A stretch of 64,000 bases of DNA, taken from assembly GCA_036918135.1 (NCBI GenBank), contig JBALDB010000055.1:32001-96000 (forward strand). The letters run 5' to 3'. Numbering within the stretch: the stretch's first letter is position 1; every line of letters begins with the position of its first letter. A model generated the notes under the pieces. That model was not told the origin of the DNA. It ran no database searches and saw only the letters and a program-made list of their open reading frames with translations. The translations under genes and the position numbers were made by a program. This document shows, piece by piece, positions 1 to 10,795 of this stretch. The DNA is from Nostoc sp. Lineage in GTDB: Bacteria > Cyanobacteriota > Cyanobacteriia > Cyanobacteriales > Nostocaceae.

Positions 1-62
1 TTCTAAATGCTGCTAATTGGCAGTATCACAGACAATAAAGCTCTACATTTTAAGGAAACACT

Positions 63-875
63 ATGAGCTACTCCCCTTATCTGCTCAAAGGTCAAAAAGC
101 ACTTGTAACGGGTGCTAGTTCTGGTATTGGTGAAGCTATAGCTCGCCATTTAGCTTCATCAGGTGCAGCAGTAGCTGTTAACTATCATTCGGAAGCCGAA
201 GAAGCCCAAAAAATTGTTGATGATATCAAAGCTGCAAACGGTGAAGCTTTTACAATCCAAGCCGATGTCAGTAACGAAGATGAAGTTAAGGCGATGTTTA
301 GCCAGACACTTAAGCACTTCGGAACCATTGATATTTTAGTGAATAACGCAGGTCTGCAAAAAGATGCACCTTTTGTAGATATGAGCCTTAATCAGTGGAA
401 TACAGTTATTGGAATAAACCTGACAGGACAATTCTTGTGTGCGCGAGAAGCTGCTAAGGAATTCTTACGCCGAGGTGTGAAGTCTGATATTTCTTGTGCC
501 GCAGGTAAGATTATTTGCATGAGTTCAGTGCATCAAGTAATTCCTTGGGCAGGTCACGTCAATTACGCTGCTAGTAAAGGCGGAATTAATATGATGATGC
601 AAAGTATTGCCCAAGAACTTGCTCCCCACAAAATTCGCGTCAATAGTATTGCCCCTGGTGCTATCAAAACTCCAATTAATAAATCAGCTTGGGACACACC
701 AGAAGCAGAGGCGAAGTTATTAGAATTGATTCCCACAAAACGTGTGGGTAACGTAGACGATATTGCTAAAGCAGCAGTTTGGCTAGCTTCTGATGAATCT
801 GATTATGTCAATGGCACAACACTTTTTGTAGACGGTGGCATGACCTTGTATCCGGGGTTTGCGGATAATGGGTAA
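63..875 (+). CDS. SDR-family oxidoreductase, glucose 1-dehydrogenase-like
   Basis: TGASSGIG Rossmann motif, NNAG, catalytic YAASK, SSVHQVIPW typical of glucose 1-dehydrogenases. Confidence 0.9.
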   Translation: MSYSPYLLKGQKALVTGASSGIGEAIARHLASSGAAVAVNYHSEAEEAQKIVDDIKAANGEAFTIQADVSNEDEVKAMFSQTLKHFGTIDILVNNAGLQKDAPFVDMSLNQWNTVIGINLTGQFLCAREAAKEFLRRGVKSDISCAAGKIICMSSVHQVIPWAGHVNYAASKGGINMMMQSIAQELAPHKIRVNSIAPGAIKTPINKSAWDTPEAEAKLLELIPTKRVGNVDDIAKAAVWLASDESDYVNGTTLFVDGGMTLYPGFADNG

Positions 876-997
876 AAAAAGGACTAGGGACTAAAGAACA
901 GAGTCAGTATTTCTCCACAGCAGTTGCTACAACACTCTTAACCCTGGCAACGCACTGCCTCTCCCTGCTCAAGAACTGCCCTCTTCTCCTAACTTCT

Positions 998-3118
998 ATG
1001 CCTACAAAAGTTATTGTCAATTCTGGTTTAATAACGATTAACGATGGTTCTTCATTTTTGGTTACAGCTAGTGATGGTTCCATCGATGACAATCAAGCTC
1101 AAGGCTTTTTCGTTGGTGATACGCGCTTAATTTCTTACTACGAAATTTCTCTTAATCGTTATCCACTTATATTACTAGCTTCTAGTAACATCACGCATCA
1201 TAGTGCGCTTTACCAATTTACCAATCCGCAATTTACCACTGTCAAGGGCATTTTACCTTATGGTAGTTTGCTTGTAACTATCCGGCGTGACATTGTAGGG
1301 GGGATGCACGAAGATATCGATATCACAAACTATCACTTAGAACCAGTTGAGTTTCAACTGATGCTAGCAATTCGTTCGGATTTTGCAGATATTTTTGAGG
1401 TGAAAGCAAAGAACATTCTGACACGGGGAGAGACAGCAACAATATGGAAAGATGGAATACTCTCTACTGAGTACCGAAATGATTCTTTTTTACGAGGCAT
1501 TATAACTGAGACAGTCTGTGCGAGTTCAACAGCAAGATATGCCAACGGTCGTTTAATGTTTGATGTTGCGATCGCTCCTAAGGAAACATGGCATACCTGT
1601 ATCAACTTTACAGCCAAAGCCAATGGAAATGTCCTCAAACCTCAAGCAACCTGTACTGTGTCTCACAATACAAAAGCTGGAGAGGTAAGGGATGAATTTC
1701 TGACTCATGCGACACAGTTGCGATCGTCTAATGCTGAGATTCAAGGATTTTATCAGCAGGCGCTGGTCGATATGGGAGCCTTGCGGATTGAAGTAAATGA
1801 CAACGGCCAGCGATTTTGGATGCCTGCGGCTGGTATTCCTTGGTTTGTGGCTGTGTTTGGACGAGACTCAATTATTGCCAGCTTGCAAACGATCGCAGTT
1901 TACCACGATTTTGCCCGTGGTACGTTGATTAGATTGGCTCAACTACAGGCAACTGAGATAGATGACTGGCGCGATGCCCAACCAGGCAAAATGCTGCATG
2001 AATTGCGTGAAGATGAGTTAACTCAAATCAATGAGTTGCCTTACAGACCTTACTATGGAACGGTAGACACTACCATTCTCTGGATTATTACTTTAGCTGA
2101 AACCTATTCTTGGAACGCTGACATTGGTATGCTGAATGAATGTCGAGCGTCATTAGAGAAGGCACTTGTATGGATTGATAAATACGGCGACTTTGATGGC
2201 GATGGGTTCGTTGAATATTTAACTCGTTCCTCGAAAGGACTAGACAATCAGGGTTGGAAAGATTCGGGTGACTCAATGGTTTATCCGAATGGCAAGTTAG
2301 TTGATCCACCAATAGCTTTGTGCGAGGTACAAGGCTACGTATACGATGCTTGGCTAAAAGCAGCTTTAATTTATGATGTGTGGGGAGAAAAAGAACTAGC
2401 CCAGAAGCTACGGCAAAAAGCAGAATCACTTTATCAAAGATTCAATGAACAATTCTGGATGGAATCAGAGAACTTTTACTGTCTTGGTTTAGATAACAAC
2501 AAGCAGCAAATCCAATCAATTACCTCAAATCCTGGGCATCTATTATGGTCTGGTATCGTACCCCAAGAAAGAGCAAAAAAGGTTGTTGAGCGACTTTTCC
2601 AAGGAGATATGTGGTGTGGTTGGGGTGTGCGGACTCTTTCATCTCAAAATCCAGCTTATAACCCAATTAGTTATCAACGGGGAAGTGTATGGCCGCATGA
2701 CAACTCGATTATTGCCGCCGGATTAAAACGTTACGGCTACCACACAGAAGCTAACCGCATCGCCGAGGGTATTTTTGCTGCTGCTAGTTATTTTCAATCT
2801 GGGCGAATGCCAGAATTATTTGCGGGAATTGAACGCCAAGAGAATAACTTTCCCGTACCTTATCCAGATGCCAATATACCCCAAGCTTGGGCTGCTGGCT
2901 CAATTCTTTTACTCATTCGCACCATTTTAGGACTCGAAGCCGATGCACCACAGCGAAACTTAAAGCTACAGCCTAATCTCCCAGATTGCTTGCCAGATTT
3001 AGAACTGACAAATTTATCCGTGGGAAACGCTAATGTATCATTGCATTTTTGGCGGGAAGGAAAACAAACGCGATGGGAAATTACTCATCAAGATGGCGAA
3101 TTACAATTTTCTACTTAA
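998..3118 (+). CDS. Amylo-alpha-1,6-glucosidase / glycogen debranching enzyme family protein
   Basis: AAGIPWFVAVFGRDS, PGKMLHE, NQGWKDSGD, YQRGSVWPHDN and PQAWAA motifs. Confidence 0.9.
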   Translation: MPTKVIVNSGLITINDGSSFLVTASDGSIDDNQAQGFFVGDTRLISYYEISLNRYPLILLASSNITHHSALYQFTNPQFTTVKGILPYGSLLVTIRRDIVGGMHEDIDITNYHLEPVEFQLMLAIRSDFADIFEVKAKNILTRGETATIWKDGILSTEYRNDSFLRGIITETVCASSTARYANGRLMFDVAIAPKETWHTCINFTAKANGNVLKPQATCTVSHNTKAGEVRDEFLTHATQLRSSNAEIQGFYQQALVDMGALRIEVNDNGQRFWMPAAGIPWFVAVFGRDSIIASLQTIAVYHDFARGTLIRLAQLQATEIDDWRDAQPGKMLHELREDELTQINELPYRPYYGTVDTTILWIITLAETYSWNADIGMLNECRASLEKALVWIDKYGDFDGDGFVEYLTRSSKGLDNQGWKDSGDSMVYPNGKLVDPPIALCEVQGYVYDAWLKAALIYDVWGEKELAQKLRQKAESLYQRFNEQFWMESENFYCLGLDNNKQQIQSITSNPGHLLWSGIVPQERAKKVVERLFQGDMWCGWGVRTLSSQNPAYNPISYQRGSVWPHDNSIIAAGLKRYGYHTEANRIAEGIFAAASYFQSGRMPELFAGIERQENNFPVPYPDANIPQAWAAGSILLLIRTILGLEADAPQRNLKLQPNLPDCLPDLELTNLSVGNANVSLHFWREGKQTRWEITHQDGELQFST

Positions 3119-3166
3119 TTATCAAATAGTATAAAACTCTTCTAATAAAGATAGACATTCATAAAA

Positions 3167-4405
3167 ATGCACAGTATCAACCCTTTTACTGACCCGATAA
3201 GTGGAATTTTTCTAGCACTCAACATGACATTCTCCATGTTCTGGGAAATTCTCTGGGCGCTGATTCTAGGTTTTACACTATCAGGCATTGTTCAAGCGGT
3301 AATTTCCAAAGGGGAAATGAGTCGGCTACTGCCAGATGCATCACCAAAGTCGATTGCAGTAGCTTGTGGTTTAGGTGCGGCTTCATCGTCATGTTCTTAT
3401 GCTTCTGTCGCCCTTGCGCGTTCCATCTTTCGCAAAGGCGGAAACTTTACAGCCGCAATAGCATTTCAATTTGCCTCAACTAATTTAGTAATTGAACTGG
3501 GCATTATCTTGGCAGTATTAATGGGGTGGCAATTTACCCTAGCTGAGTTTGTCGGCGGACTGTTAATGATTGCAATATTGGTGCTTATATTCAAAGTATT
3601 CCTAAAATCCAAGCTAGTGCAAGCAGCTAAACAGCAGGCAAACCGTGGTCTCTCTGGCAAAATGGAAGGACACGCCAACATGAATATGTCGGTGACAGAA
3701 GGTTCTATCTGGCAAAGGATTTTTTCCGATCGAGGGTTTACAGCCATTAGCCACTACTTTGTGATGGACTGGGTTTCGGTGTGGTTGGATATTGCACTAG
3801 GATTAGTGATTGCAGGTGCTTTGGCTGCTTGGATACCTAATGAATTTTGGCAAGCATTCTTTTTTACAGATCACCCGATATGGTCGAAATTATGGGGGCC
3901 GATTGTCGGCCCAATTGTCGCGATCTTCTCTTTTGTTTGTTCTGTGGGCAATGTTCCTCTTGCAGCTGTGCTGTGGAATGGAGGTATTAGCTTCGGAGGC
4001 GTAGTAGCATTCATTTTTGCTGACTTGATTGTACTGCCAATTTTAGACATTTACCGCAAATATTACGGACTAAAAGTTAGCACATTTTTATTCATTACTT
4101 TCTACACAGCAATGGTGAGTGCAGCACTGATCGTTGAAATTTTGTTCCAAGTTTTAGGGTTAATCCCACAAGAACACAAAGCCAAAGTAGTTGAAGCATC
4201 TATTAGATTTAACTACACTACAGTGTTGAATATTTTATTTTTAGCTTTAGCAGTTTTATTAGTTATGCGGTTCTTTAAAACTGGTGGGCCTAATATGCTG
4301 CGAATGATGAATAGTGACAGTCAACAAGAACATAGTCAACATCATCATAGTATGCATTACGCTGTTGTTAAGAGGAGAAAATCTGTTAAAAAGTTACCTA
4401 TTTAG
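3167..4405 (+). CDS. Predicted permease (DUF318/ArsP-like), His-rich C-terminus
   Basis: Multiple TM segments; SSSCSY and FVCSVGNVP motifs; EHSQHHH tail. Confidence 0.8.
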   Translation: MHSINPFTDPISGIFLALNMTFSMFWEILWALILGFTLSGIVQAVISKGEMSRLLPDASPKSIAVACGLGAASSSCSYASVALARSIFRKGGNFTAAIAFQFASTNLVIELGIILAVLMGWQFTLAEFVGGLLMIAILVLIFKVFLKSKLVQAAKQQANRGLSGKMEGHANMNMSVTEGSIWQRIFSDRGFTAISHYFVMDWVSVWLDIALGLVIAGALAAWIPNEFWQAFFFTDHPIWSKLWGPIVGPIVAIFSFVCSVGNVPLAAVLWNGGISFGGVVAFIFADLIVLPILDIYRKYYGLKVSTFLFITFYTAMVSAALIVEILFQVLGLIPQEHKAKVVEASIRFNYTTVLNILFLALAVLLVMRFFKTGGPNMLRMMNSDSQQEHSQHHHSMHYAVVKRRKSVKKLPI

Positions 4406-4445
4406 GTATAAAATTATAAGTCTTAAGCTAGCTACTACTTACCTC

Positions 4446-5384
4446 ATGGCAACTGATTCATCGAAAAAAACAATCTTTGCAGCGATGGGTGCTAACTTAG
4501 CGATCGCTGTTACTAAATTTATTGCTGCCGCCATTACCGGCAGTTCGGCCATGATATCTGAAGGGATTCATTCAATTGTAGATACTGGCGACCAACTGTT
4601 ACTTTTGTTAGGACTCCGCATGAGCCAAAAGCCAGCAGATGATAGCCATCCCTTTGGTTATGGTCAAGAACTTTACTTTTGGACTTTAATCGTTGCTATC
4701 CTGATTTTTGCCATTGGTGGGGGTATGTCAATTTATGAAGGAATTACTCATTTAAGAAACCCCAGCCCTTTAGAAGACCCAATGTGGAATTATATTGTAT
4801 TAGGTATAGCAATTATACTTGAGGGTTATTCTTGGACTGTAGCTTTAAAAGAGTTCTTGCCAACCAAGGGTAAAGAACATTTCTGGCAAGCAATCAAAAA
4901 CAGTAAAGACCCTACAGTATTTACTGTTTTATTTGAAGATTCGGCGGCAATTTTGGGCTTAGTTGTTGCCTTTTTAGGAATTTTTTTGGGACACTTATTT
5001 AATAATATTTATTTTGATGGTATTGCCTCGATTATTATCGGTATTATCTTAGCTATAGTAGCAGTATTATTAGCAAAGGAAAGTAAAGGATTATTAGTTG
5101 GAGAAAGTGCTAATCCTCAAACTATAACCAGCATCCGTTCTTTGTCAAAAACAGAACCAGAGGTAAAAGAAGTTGTCCGTGTGCTAACGATGCAGCTTGC
5201 TCCCCAGGAAGTGTTACTCAATTTAGAAATTCAATTTTTCCAAAATCTTACAGGCGAGCAAATAGCAGTAACTGTAGATAATTTAGAAACTAAAATTCGC
5301 CAAAAACATCCTGAAATTAAACTAATTTTTATCGAAGCTAAATCCTTAAGTGCTATTCGCAAATCTTCTCAAAGTTATGAATAA
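4446..5384 (+). CDS. Cation diffusion facilitator (CDF) transporter
   Basis: SEGIHSIVD, HPFGYG and FEDSAA motifs; the ATG at 4446 is preferred over the ORF-track start, which overlaps the upstream gene. Confidence 0.9.
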   Translation: MATDSSKKTIFAAMGANLAIAVTKFIAAAITGSSAMISEGIHSIVDTGDQLLLLLGLRMSQKPADDSHPFGYGQELYFWTLIVAILIFAIGGGMSIYEGITHLRNPSPLEDPMWNYIVLGIAIILEGYSWTVALKEFLPTKGKEHFWQAIKNSKDPTVFTVLFEDSAAILGLVVAFLGIFLGHLFNNIYFDGIASIIIGIILAIVAVLLAKESKGLLVGESANPQTITSIRSLSKTEPEVKEVVRVLTMQLAPQEVLLNLEIQFFQNLTGEQIAVTVDNLETKIRQKHPEIKLIFIEAKSLSAIRKSSQSYE

Positions 5385-5541
5385 AATTTGACTTCTAAAT
5401 AAATGAATATATTTAATCATTAAATAGACAAAGTTCAAAGAAGTTATACACTTCAAATATTTAAACACTAAAGTGCTGACTAAAAACCTATTGATTAAAG
5501 ATTTTTATAACACAAACGCACAATTAAATGGAGCTATCTTT

Positions 5542-6000
5542 ATGCAGAATAACCAATCGCCCAAGCCGACAATTGAATACTGGCACGTCTGGATTGACCA
5601 AGACGGTGTAAGCCACCAGTCCCGTTGTCAAATTCAGGACTTCATTCAAAAAGGCATAGCCCCGGATACCTCGCCCCAGTGGCTTTCTAATTTGAAGCAG
5701 TCTGGTGCAACAATCAGCTTTACTGTGCTACCTGTGGGATGGGTTGGCAGCTGGCATGAGAACCCGAAACCCCAATGGGTCATTCCTCTGTCAGGACGTT
5801 GGTTTGTGGAGACTATGGACGGCCAACGAGTAGAGATGGGGCCTGGTGAAATTTCATTTGGAGAAGACCAAGGTACGAAACCGGACGCACAAGGTCATAA
5901 AGGTCACTTATCTGGAACGGTGGGCGATGAGCCAGCTGTTTTGATAATGGTACAACTCGACGAGACTCCGACTATTGAGCAATCTTGTCGATTTAGCTAA
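5542..6000 (+). CDS. Cupin-domain protein
   Basis: WHENPKPQW...LSGRW...VEMGPGE...GED...GH cupin motifs; start uncertain (5473 GTG or 5542 ATG). Confidence 0.75.
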   Translation: MQNNQSPKPTIEYWHVWIDQDGVSHQSRCQIQDFIQKGIAPDTSPQWLSNLKQSGATISFTVLPVGWVGSWHENPKPQWVIPLSGRWFVETMDGQRVEMGPGEISFGEDQGTKPDAQGHKGHLSGTVGDEPAVLIMVQLDETPTIEQSCRFS

Positions 6001-6047
6001 GACTTACTCAAAACGACTAGCATTTGATATCTTTCTAGAGGACGATA

Positions 6048-6080
6048 AGAAACTATAGTAATATCAATACTATAGTTTCT
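6048..6080. terminator. Inverted repeat after the cupin gene
   Basis: AGAAACTATAGTA...TACTATAGTTTCT hairpin about 50 nt after the stop codon. Confidence 0.45.
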
Positions 6081-6166
6081 AAATATGTATATCATCTAGT
6101 CCAACAACTCTATTTTCTACTGGAGTCATCCATTAAAAATTTTCATTTGGGTACAAATATTCCTCC

Positions 6167-6263
6167 TATAGCATTCCTAAATCATTTGTGAAAAACTACA
6201 ATTAACTGATGACTAATAACAGCCTTAACAAAAAATTTCACAACTAACAATCGGATTGCTATA
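6167..6263. mobile_element. Small MITE-like element
   Basis: Terminal inverted repeats TATAGCATTCC...GGATTGCTATA with inner TTGTGAAA/TTTCACAA arms; resembles a common Nostocales element. Confidence 0.6.
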
Positions 6264-6443
6264 AATTGCATAAATGTTTTGTCGGATTTTGTAAGAGCTA
6301 AACTCAACAGTTACCAGTGTTGTTTTCAATAAGCAAGAAAATGGAAAAATAGTCAGTTTATTTTTGAGTCTGTTAAGCCTTAATTTTAATTCTTTGATAA
6401 CCAAAATAAATTATCATCTTGGTTATCGATGTTAGTTCTAGTT

Positions 6444-7280
6444 ATGTCATCTAAAATTTGCAGTCATCCTTATTTTTTAACTACCCAGCCATCTAATCCT
6501 AGTTATCCACTTTTTGTATTTCTACCAGGGATGGATGAGACTGGAAAGGAACTAATGTATATCCAAACAGCAAGTTTAGAAGCCGCTTTTAATGTACGTT
6601 GTTTTGTGATTCCACCTGATGAGCTAACAAGTTGGGATAAAATTACAGAACAACTAGTAAATTTAATCAAGATAGAACTAGAAAAAGTACCGCACAGACA
6701 CGTTCGCGTAGCGTCTCGTAGAGAAGTGGCTTGTCGTGAGATATCGCCTGTTTATCTCTGTGCAGAATCATTCGGTGGTTGTTTGGCGCTAAAAGTTTTA
6801 GAGAAATTTCCTCAACTATTTACAAAAATTATTTTAATTAATTCTGCTTCTTCATTTCATAAAGTACCTTGGCTAAATTTAGGTTCGCTGTTGTTTCCTT
6901 ACACACCTAATTTATTTTATAAAATTTCTTCATTAATATCTTTACCTTTTTTAGCCAATTTAAATCGAATTTCACCTGCTGCTAGCCAAGCTCTTTTAAA
7001 ATCGACCAGTTCTGCACCAAAAGATACTGCTAATCAGCGTTTATCTTTAATGAGAGAATTTGAGATTGATGAAAAAAAGTTATCTAAAATTACTCAACCT
7101 GTCTTACTGATTGCAAGTAAAAATGACCGACTCTTACCTTCACAAGCAGAGGTACAATGTTTAAGTAATATTTTTCCTAATTCTCAAATAATAACTCTAC
7201 CTAATAGCGGTCATGCTTGCTTAGTTGAAACGGATGTTAATCTTTATCAAATTTTATTATCAGCTAATATTGTTACATAA
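6444..7280 (+). CDS. Alpha/beta hydrolase carrying an in-frame 48-bp repeat insertion
   Basis: FLPGMD, AESFGG nucleophile elbow, DRLLPS and SGHACL; low-complexity insert HRHVRVASRREVACREI. Confidence 0.85.
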   Translation: MSSKICSHPYFLTTQPSNPSYPLFVFLPGMDETGKELMYIQTASLEAAFNVRCFVIPPDELTSWDKITEQLVNLIKIELEKVPHRHVRVASRREVACREISPVYLCAESFGGCLALKVLEKFPQLFTKIILINSASSFHKVPWLNLGSLLFPYTPNLFYKISSLISLPFLANLNRISPAASQALLKSTSSAPKDTANQRLSLMREFEIDEKKLSKITQPVLLIASKNDRLLPSQAEVQCLSNIFPNSQIITLPNSGHACLVETDVNLYQILLSANIVT

Positions 7281-7753
7281 TCTACTATTTTGAATTGCAG
7301 GTATTATTTTTACAAGTGCAATGATACTAGGTGCGCTCGTTGTCTTGATTAGTGATACTAGTTAAATATAGCCAGTTGCATAATAGAATTTTAGCAGTAT
7401 TTGGCGGTAATCCAATCAAGAATAAGCTGGAGATTTTATTAGTATAAGGGCGCTCATCTATTAAGTTGAAGATATTATCGTTAACTTACGATCGCGATCG
7501 CAGTTTTAGATATTGACTCTAACTTAGTTGGTATTCAAACAGAGTATGGGAGTCGGAATTGATGAATTTTGGCTAAATGTTGTCTTTGAATCCATTATGT
7601 AGCCGAAACAAATTTAAAAATTATTAAACAAGTTGAAATCTATACAAACTTGATTTCAACTTGATTGTGTCGCTTTGATTATTGTATCCGAGCGATCGCT
7701 TATCTAATTTGCGTGATATCATATTAAGTTAAATAGCCTTAGTAATATAACTA

Positions 7754-7784
7754 ACCCTACCCCCTCTCAGGGGTGGGGTTTTTT
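7754..7784 (+). terminator. Rho-independent terminator-like hairpin
   Basis: AACCCTACCCCC-loop-GGGGTGGGGTT followed by a T run. Confidence 0.55.
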
Positions 7785-8190
7785 ACGTCAGTAGCGACTT
7801 TTTCGGATGTCAAGTGATGCAAATACAACTTTCAGAAGATTGGCATCTGCTTAGTAAGATAAATCCAGCTAAAATTGCGTAAATTGTCTATAAAAATTAA
7901 ATTTTTGAGTTACAAAAGTTAGTTTCTGGCTTAGAAACTCGACTTTTACCCCTAATTTCTAATTCACAATCCCTTTTACTGCAATTTAAGATTGAAGCCG
8001 CCACGCAAACCTTTAAGATTGTAATCTGCATAATTTGAGAAATTACTACAGTTTATTACCATAAGTGTTTGAATGCAGAATTTAATTAAAGTTAATTATC
8101 TGATTGACTTTACTGAACAATAAGTAAATATTAGTACTCAAAATACTGAGAATAGATTATAAAATGAATTGACGATCGTGAAACTGGAAA

Positions 8191-9303
8191 ATGAAACGTT
8201 CAAATCGCCTCGCTTGGATGGGAGCGATCGCACTTGCAGCGATCGTTTTACTGACTTTGATTGCAGCTCCTAATAATACCAAACTTGAGGCAGGTTCTAC
8301 TTATAACCGTGCCCCTAATGGCTATGGAGCTTGGTATGCTTTCATCCAACATCAAGGAATTTCTATCAAGCGCTGGCAAAAGCCTTTTAGTGAAATTAAA
8401 TCAGAGAATAGCCCAGTTACCTTCCTTGTAATTAGCAGCTATCCCAGAGATACAACGCTTGATAGTCAAGAACGTGAATGGGTAGAAAAAGGAAATACTT
8501 TGGTAATCTTAGGTATCGGGGCGCGAGTTACAGAAGCAGACTTTACCACTTTGCAAAAATCCCCCCAAGGCGATATTAAAATTGATACGCGCAGGCGAAA
8601 TAAAAAAGTTAACCAAAAGCAGATTGATTTAGGCGATCGCTTTGGTGCTATTGTTTGGCAAGAAAAATACAAGCAAGGCAACGTAATTTTTTCTACCACT
8701 CCTTATTTAGCCGCCAACGCTTATCAAGATAATTTCAGTAATTTTAGGTATTTAACCGATATAGTCACCAAAAACAGTAACACAGTACTTGTGGATGAAT
8801 ACATCCACGGCTATAAGGATGCCGATGTCAGGCAGAAAGAAAGCGAAGGAGATTTATCTAGTTTTTTTGCTAAGACTCCTTTATTTCCAATATTTATCCA
8901 AGTAAGTATTCTATTATTGGTGCTGATTTGGGCGCAGAATCGCCGTTTTGGGAAACCAGTAACTTTAGATACACTAGTCCTAGACAACAGCAAGGCATAC
9001 ATCCAAGCCTTAGCCTTAGTGTTGCAGAAAGCTGATACCACTGACTTTGTAACTGAGATGGTGGGAAAACAAGAACAATTGCAACTGCAAAAAGCCTTGG
9101 GATTAGGACAAATACCTCTAGAACACCAAGCTTTGCTCAATTTCTGGGTAGAAAAAACAGGTGCAAGTGCCGCAGAACTAGATGCCGTTTTAAAGCTACA
9201 ATCACGCAAACAGCGCATGAGCGAACAAGAGCTGTTAAGCTGGTTGGGAAAATGGCGAACCATTAGGGAAATTCAAAATTCAAAATTCAAAATTCAAAAT
9301 TAA
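8191..9303 (+). CDS. DUF4350-domain protein
   Basis: STYNRAPNGYGAW, DEYIHGY and RRFG motifs; two TM anchors; precedes MoxR; C-terminus runs into (ATTCAAA)n heptamers. Confidence 0.8.
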   Translation: MKRSNRLAWMGAIALAAIVLLTLIAAPNNTKLEAGSTYNRAPNGYGAWYAFIQHQGISIKRWQKPFSEIKSENSPVTFLVISSYPRDTTLDSQEREWVEKGNTLVILGIGARVTEADFTTLQKSPQGDIKIDTRRRNKKVNQKQIDLGDRFGAIVWQEKYKQGNVIFSTTPYLAANAYQDNFSNFRYLTDIVTKNSNTVLVDEYIHGYKDADVRQKESEGDLSSFFAKTPLFPIFIQVSILLLVLIWAQNRRFGKPVTLDTLVLDNSKAYIQALALVLQKADTTDFVTEMVGKQEQLQLQKALGLGQIPLEHQALLNFWVEKTGASAAELDAVLKLQSRKQRMSEQELLSWLGKWRTIREIQNSKFKIQN

Positions 9304-9356
9304 CTTTTTGGAATTATGCATAATATTTCTGCGTTGCTTATTTATCAATAAAAAAT

Positions 9357-10307
9357 ATGAGCGAAACCCATCCTATCTTAATTCGGCTTGGTCAAGGTCT
9401 TAATCAAGTAATTGTCGGACAATCTAGCTTAATACAGCAACTTTTAGTGGCGCTGCTAGCTGGTGGACACGTAATTTTAGAAGGAGTACCAGGGACTGGT
9501 AAAACCCTACTAGTAAAAGTGTTGGCGCAGTTAATTAAAGGGGAGTTTCGCCGAATTCAACTAACACCAGATGTTTTACCGTCGGATATTACTGGTACAA
9601 ATATTTTTGACTTAAATAGCCGCAATTTTACTTTAAAAAAAGGCCCAATATTTACCGAAGTGCTGCTAGCAGACGAAATTAACCGTACTCCTCCCAAGAC
9701 ACAAGCAGCGCTATTAGAAGCGATGGAAGAGATGCAGGTAACATTAGATGGTGAAAGTTTACCCTTGCCGGAGTTATTTTGGGTGATTGCAACTCAAAAT
9801 CCTCTAGAATTTGAAGGGACTTATCCATTGCCAGAGGCGCAGTTAGATAGGTTTTTATTTAAGCTGGTGGTAGATTACCCTGAGCAAGCTGCTGAAAAGC
9901 AAATGTTACTCAATCGTCAGGCAGGATTTGCAGCACGGCGTTTGGATATTAGCCGTTTGAAACCAGTAGCGACAGTAGCCGACATTTTGCAAGCACGACA
10001 AGCAGTCAAAGAAGTTAAAGTATCAGAAGCGATCGTTGATTACTTGTTAGCGTTGGTGAGAATATCGCGTCAATATCCGGATTTAACTTTAGGTGCATCG
10101 CCTCGCGCCGCTGGTGCTTGGTTACAGACATCTCAAGCCTTAGCGTGGTTAACAGGAAGGGATTTTGTCACACCAGATGATGTCAAAGCAGTTGCATCCC
10201 CGTTGCTACGTCATCGACTAATTTTGAAACCAGAAGCAATGCTAGATGGCTTACAAATTGACGCGGTAATTGCGTCGGTAATCAATCAAGTGCCGGTTCC
10301 CAGGTAA
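9357..10307 (+). CDS. moxR: MoxR-family AAA+ ATPase
   Basis: GVPGTGKT Walker A, LLADEINRTPPKTQAALLEAM, EGTYPLPEAQLDRF, GASPR. Confidence 0.93.
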   Translation: MSETHPILIRLGQGLNQVIVGQSSLIQQLLVALLAGGHVILEGVPGTGKTLLVKVLAQLIKGEFRRIQLTPDVLPSDITGTNIFDLNSRNFTLKKGPIFTEVLLADEINRTPPKTQAALLEAMEEMQVTLDGESLPLPELFWVIATQNPLEFEGTYPLPEAQLDRFLFKLVVDYPEQAAEKQMLLNRQAGFAARRLDISRLKPVATVADILQARQAVKEVKVSEAIVDYLLALVRISRQYPDLTLGASPRAAGAWLQTSQALAWLTGRDFVTPDDVKAVASPLLRHRLILKPEAMLDGLQIDAVIASVINQVPVPR

Positions 10308-10466
10308 GGGATTTCCAATTAAAAAAATATTTCATCGATGGGGTAGGCAGTTTTTAGCAGGGAGCAGGAAGAGAAGTTGGAGCGGAGGCTTCCTCCGATC
10401 CAAACTTCGGGGGAAGATAGAAAATATCACCTGATTAAATTGGATAATTTATTTTCTGGAAGTCCC
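10308..10466. mobile_element. MITE with a nested palindromic repeat
   Basis: TIRs GGGATTTCCA...TGGAAGTCCC flanked by TAA/TTA; inner GAAGTTGGAGCGGAGG...CCTCCGATCCAAACTTC hairpin. Confidence 0.7.
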
Positions 10467-10795
10467 TTAAGTCACGAGAATGGTTTAATATTGAATCTGT
10501 TGCAAATGCAGCACTGCATCTGGCTGATGAACCGTGCTGATATCAAACGCGCTCGTAGACCGATATCAATGAAAGCGATCGCTGGAGGATTAATTGCGCT
10601 CTTAGGTGTGGGAATGTTGATAGGTCAATCTTTCCAAACGCCCGTAACATAACCAACACATAATCATAAAGCTAGTTAATGGAAATCGGCAATATCAACA
10701 ACCCCAAAGTCAACTTTTGCACAACTCAAATCGTTATAAGCCCGTATCAAAGCAAGTTTTTTAGGTTGATTAATACTGATTTTACATCTTCAGTT

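Noticed and set aside
7281..8190. sRNA or gene in the 900-bp intergenic region
   Set aside because: Only a terminator-like hairpin is visible; no recognisable RNA family or ORF
10377..10652. 91-aa ORF
   Set aside because: Starts inside a MITE; only the hydrophobic tail might be a gene remnant, and I cannot identify it
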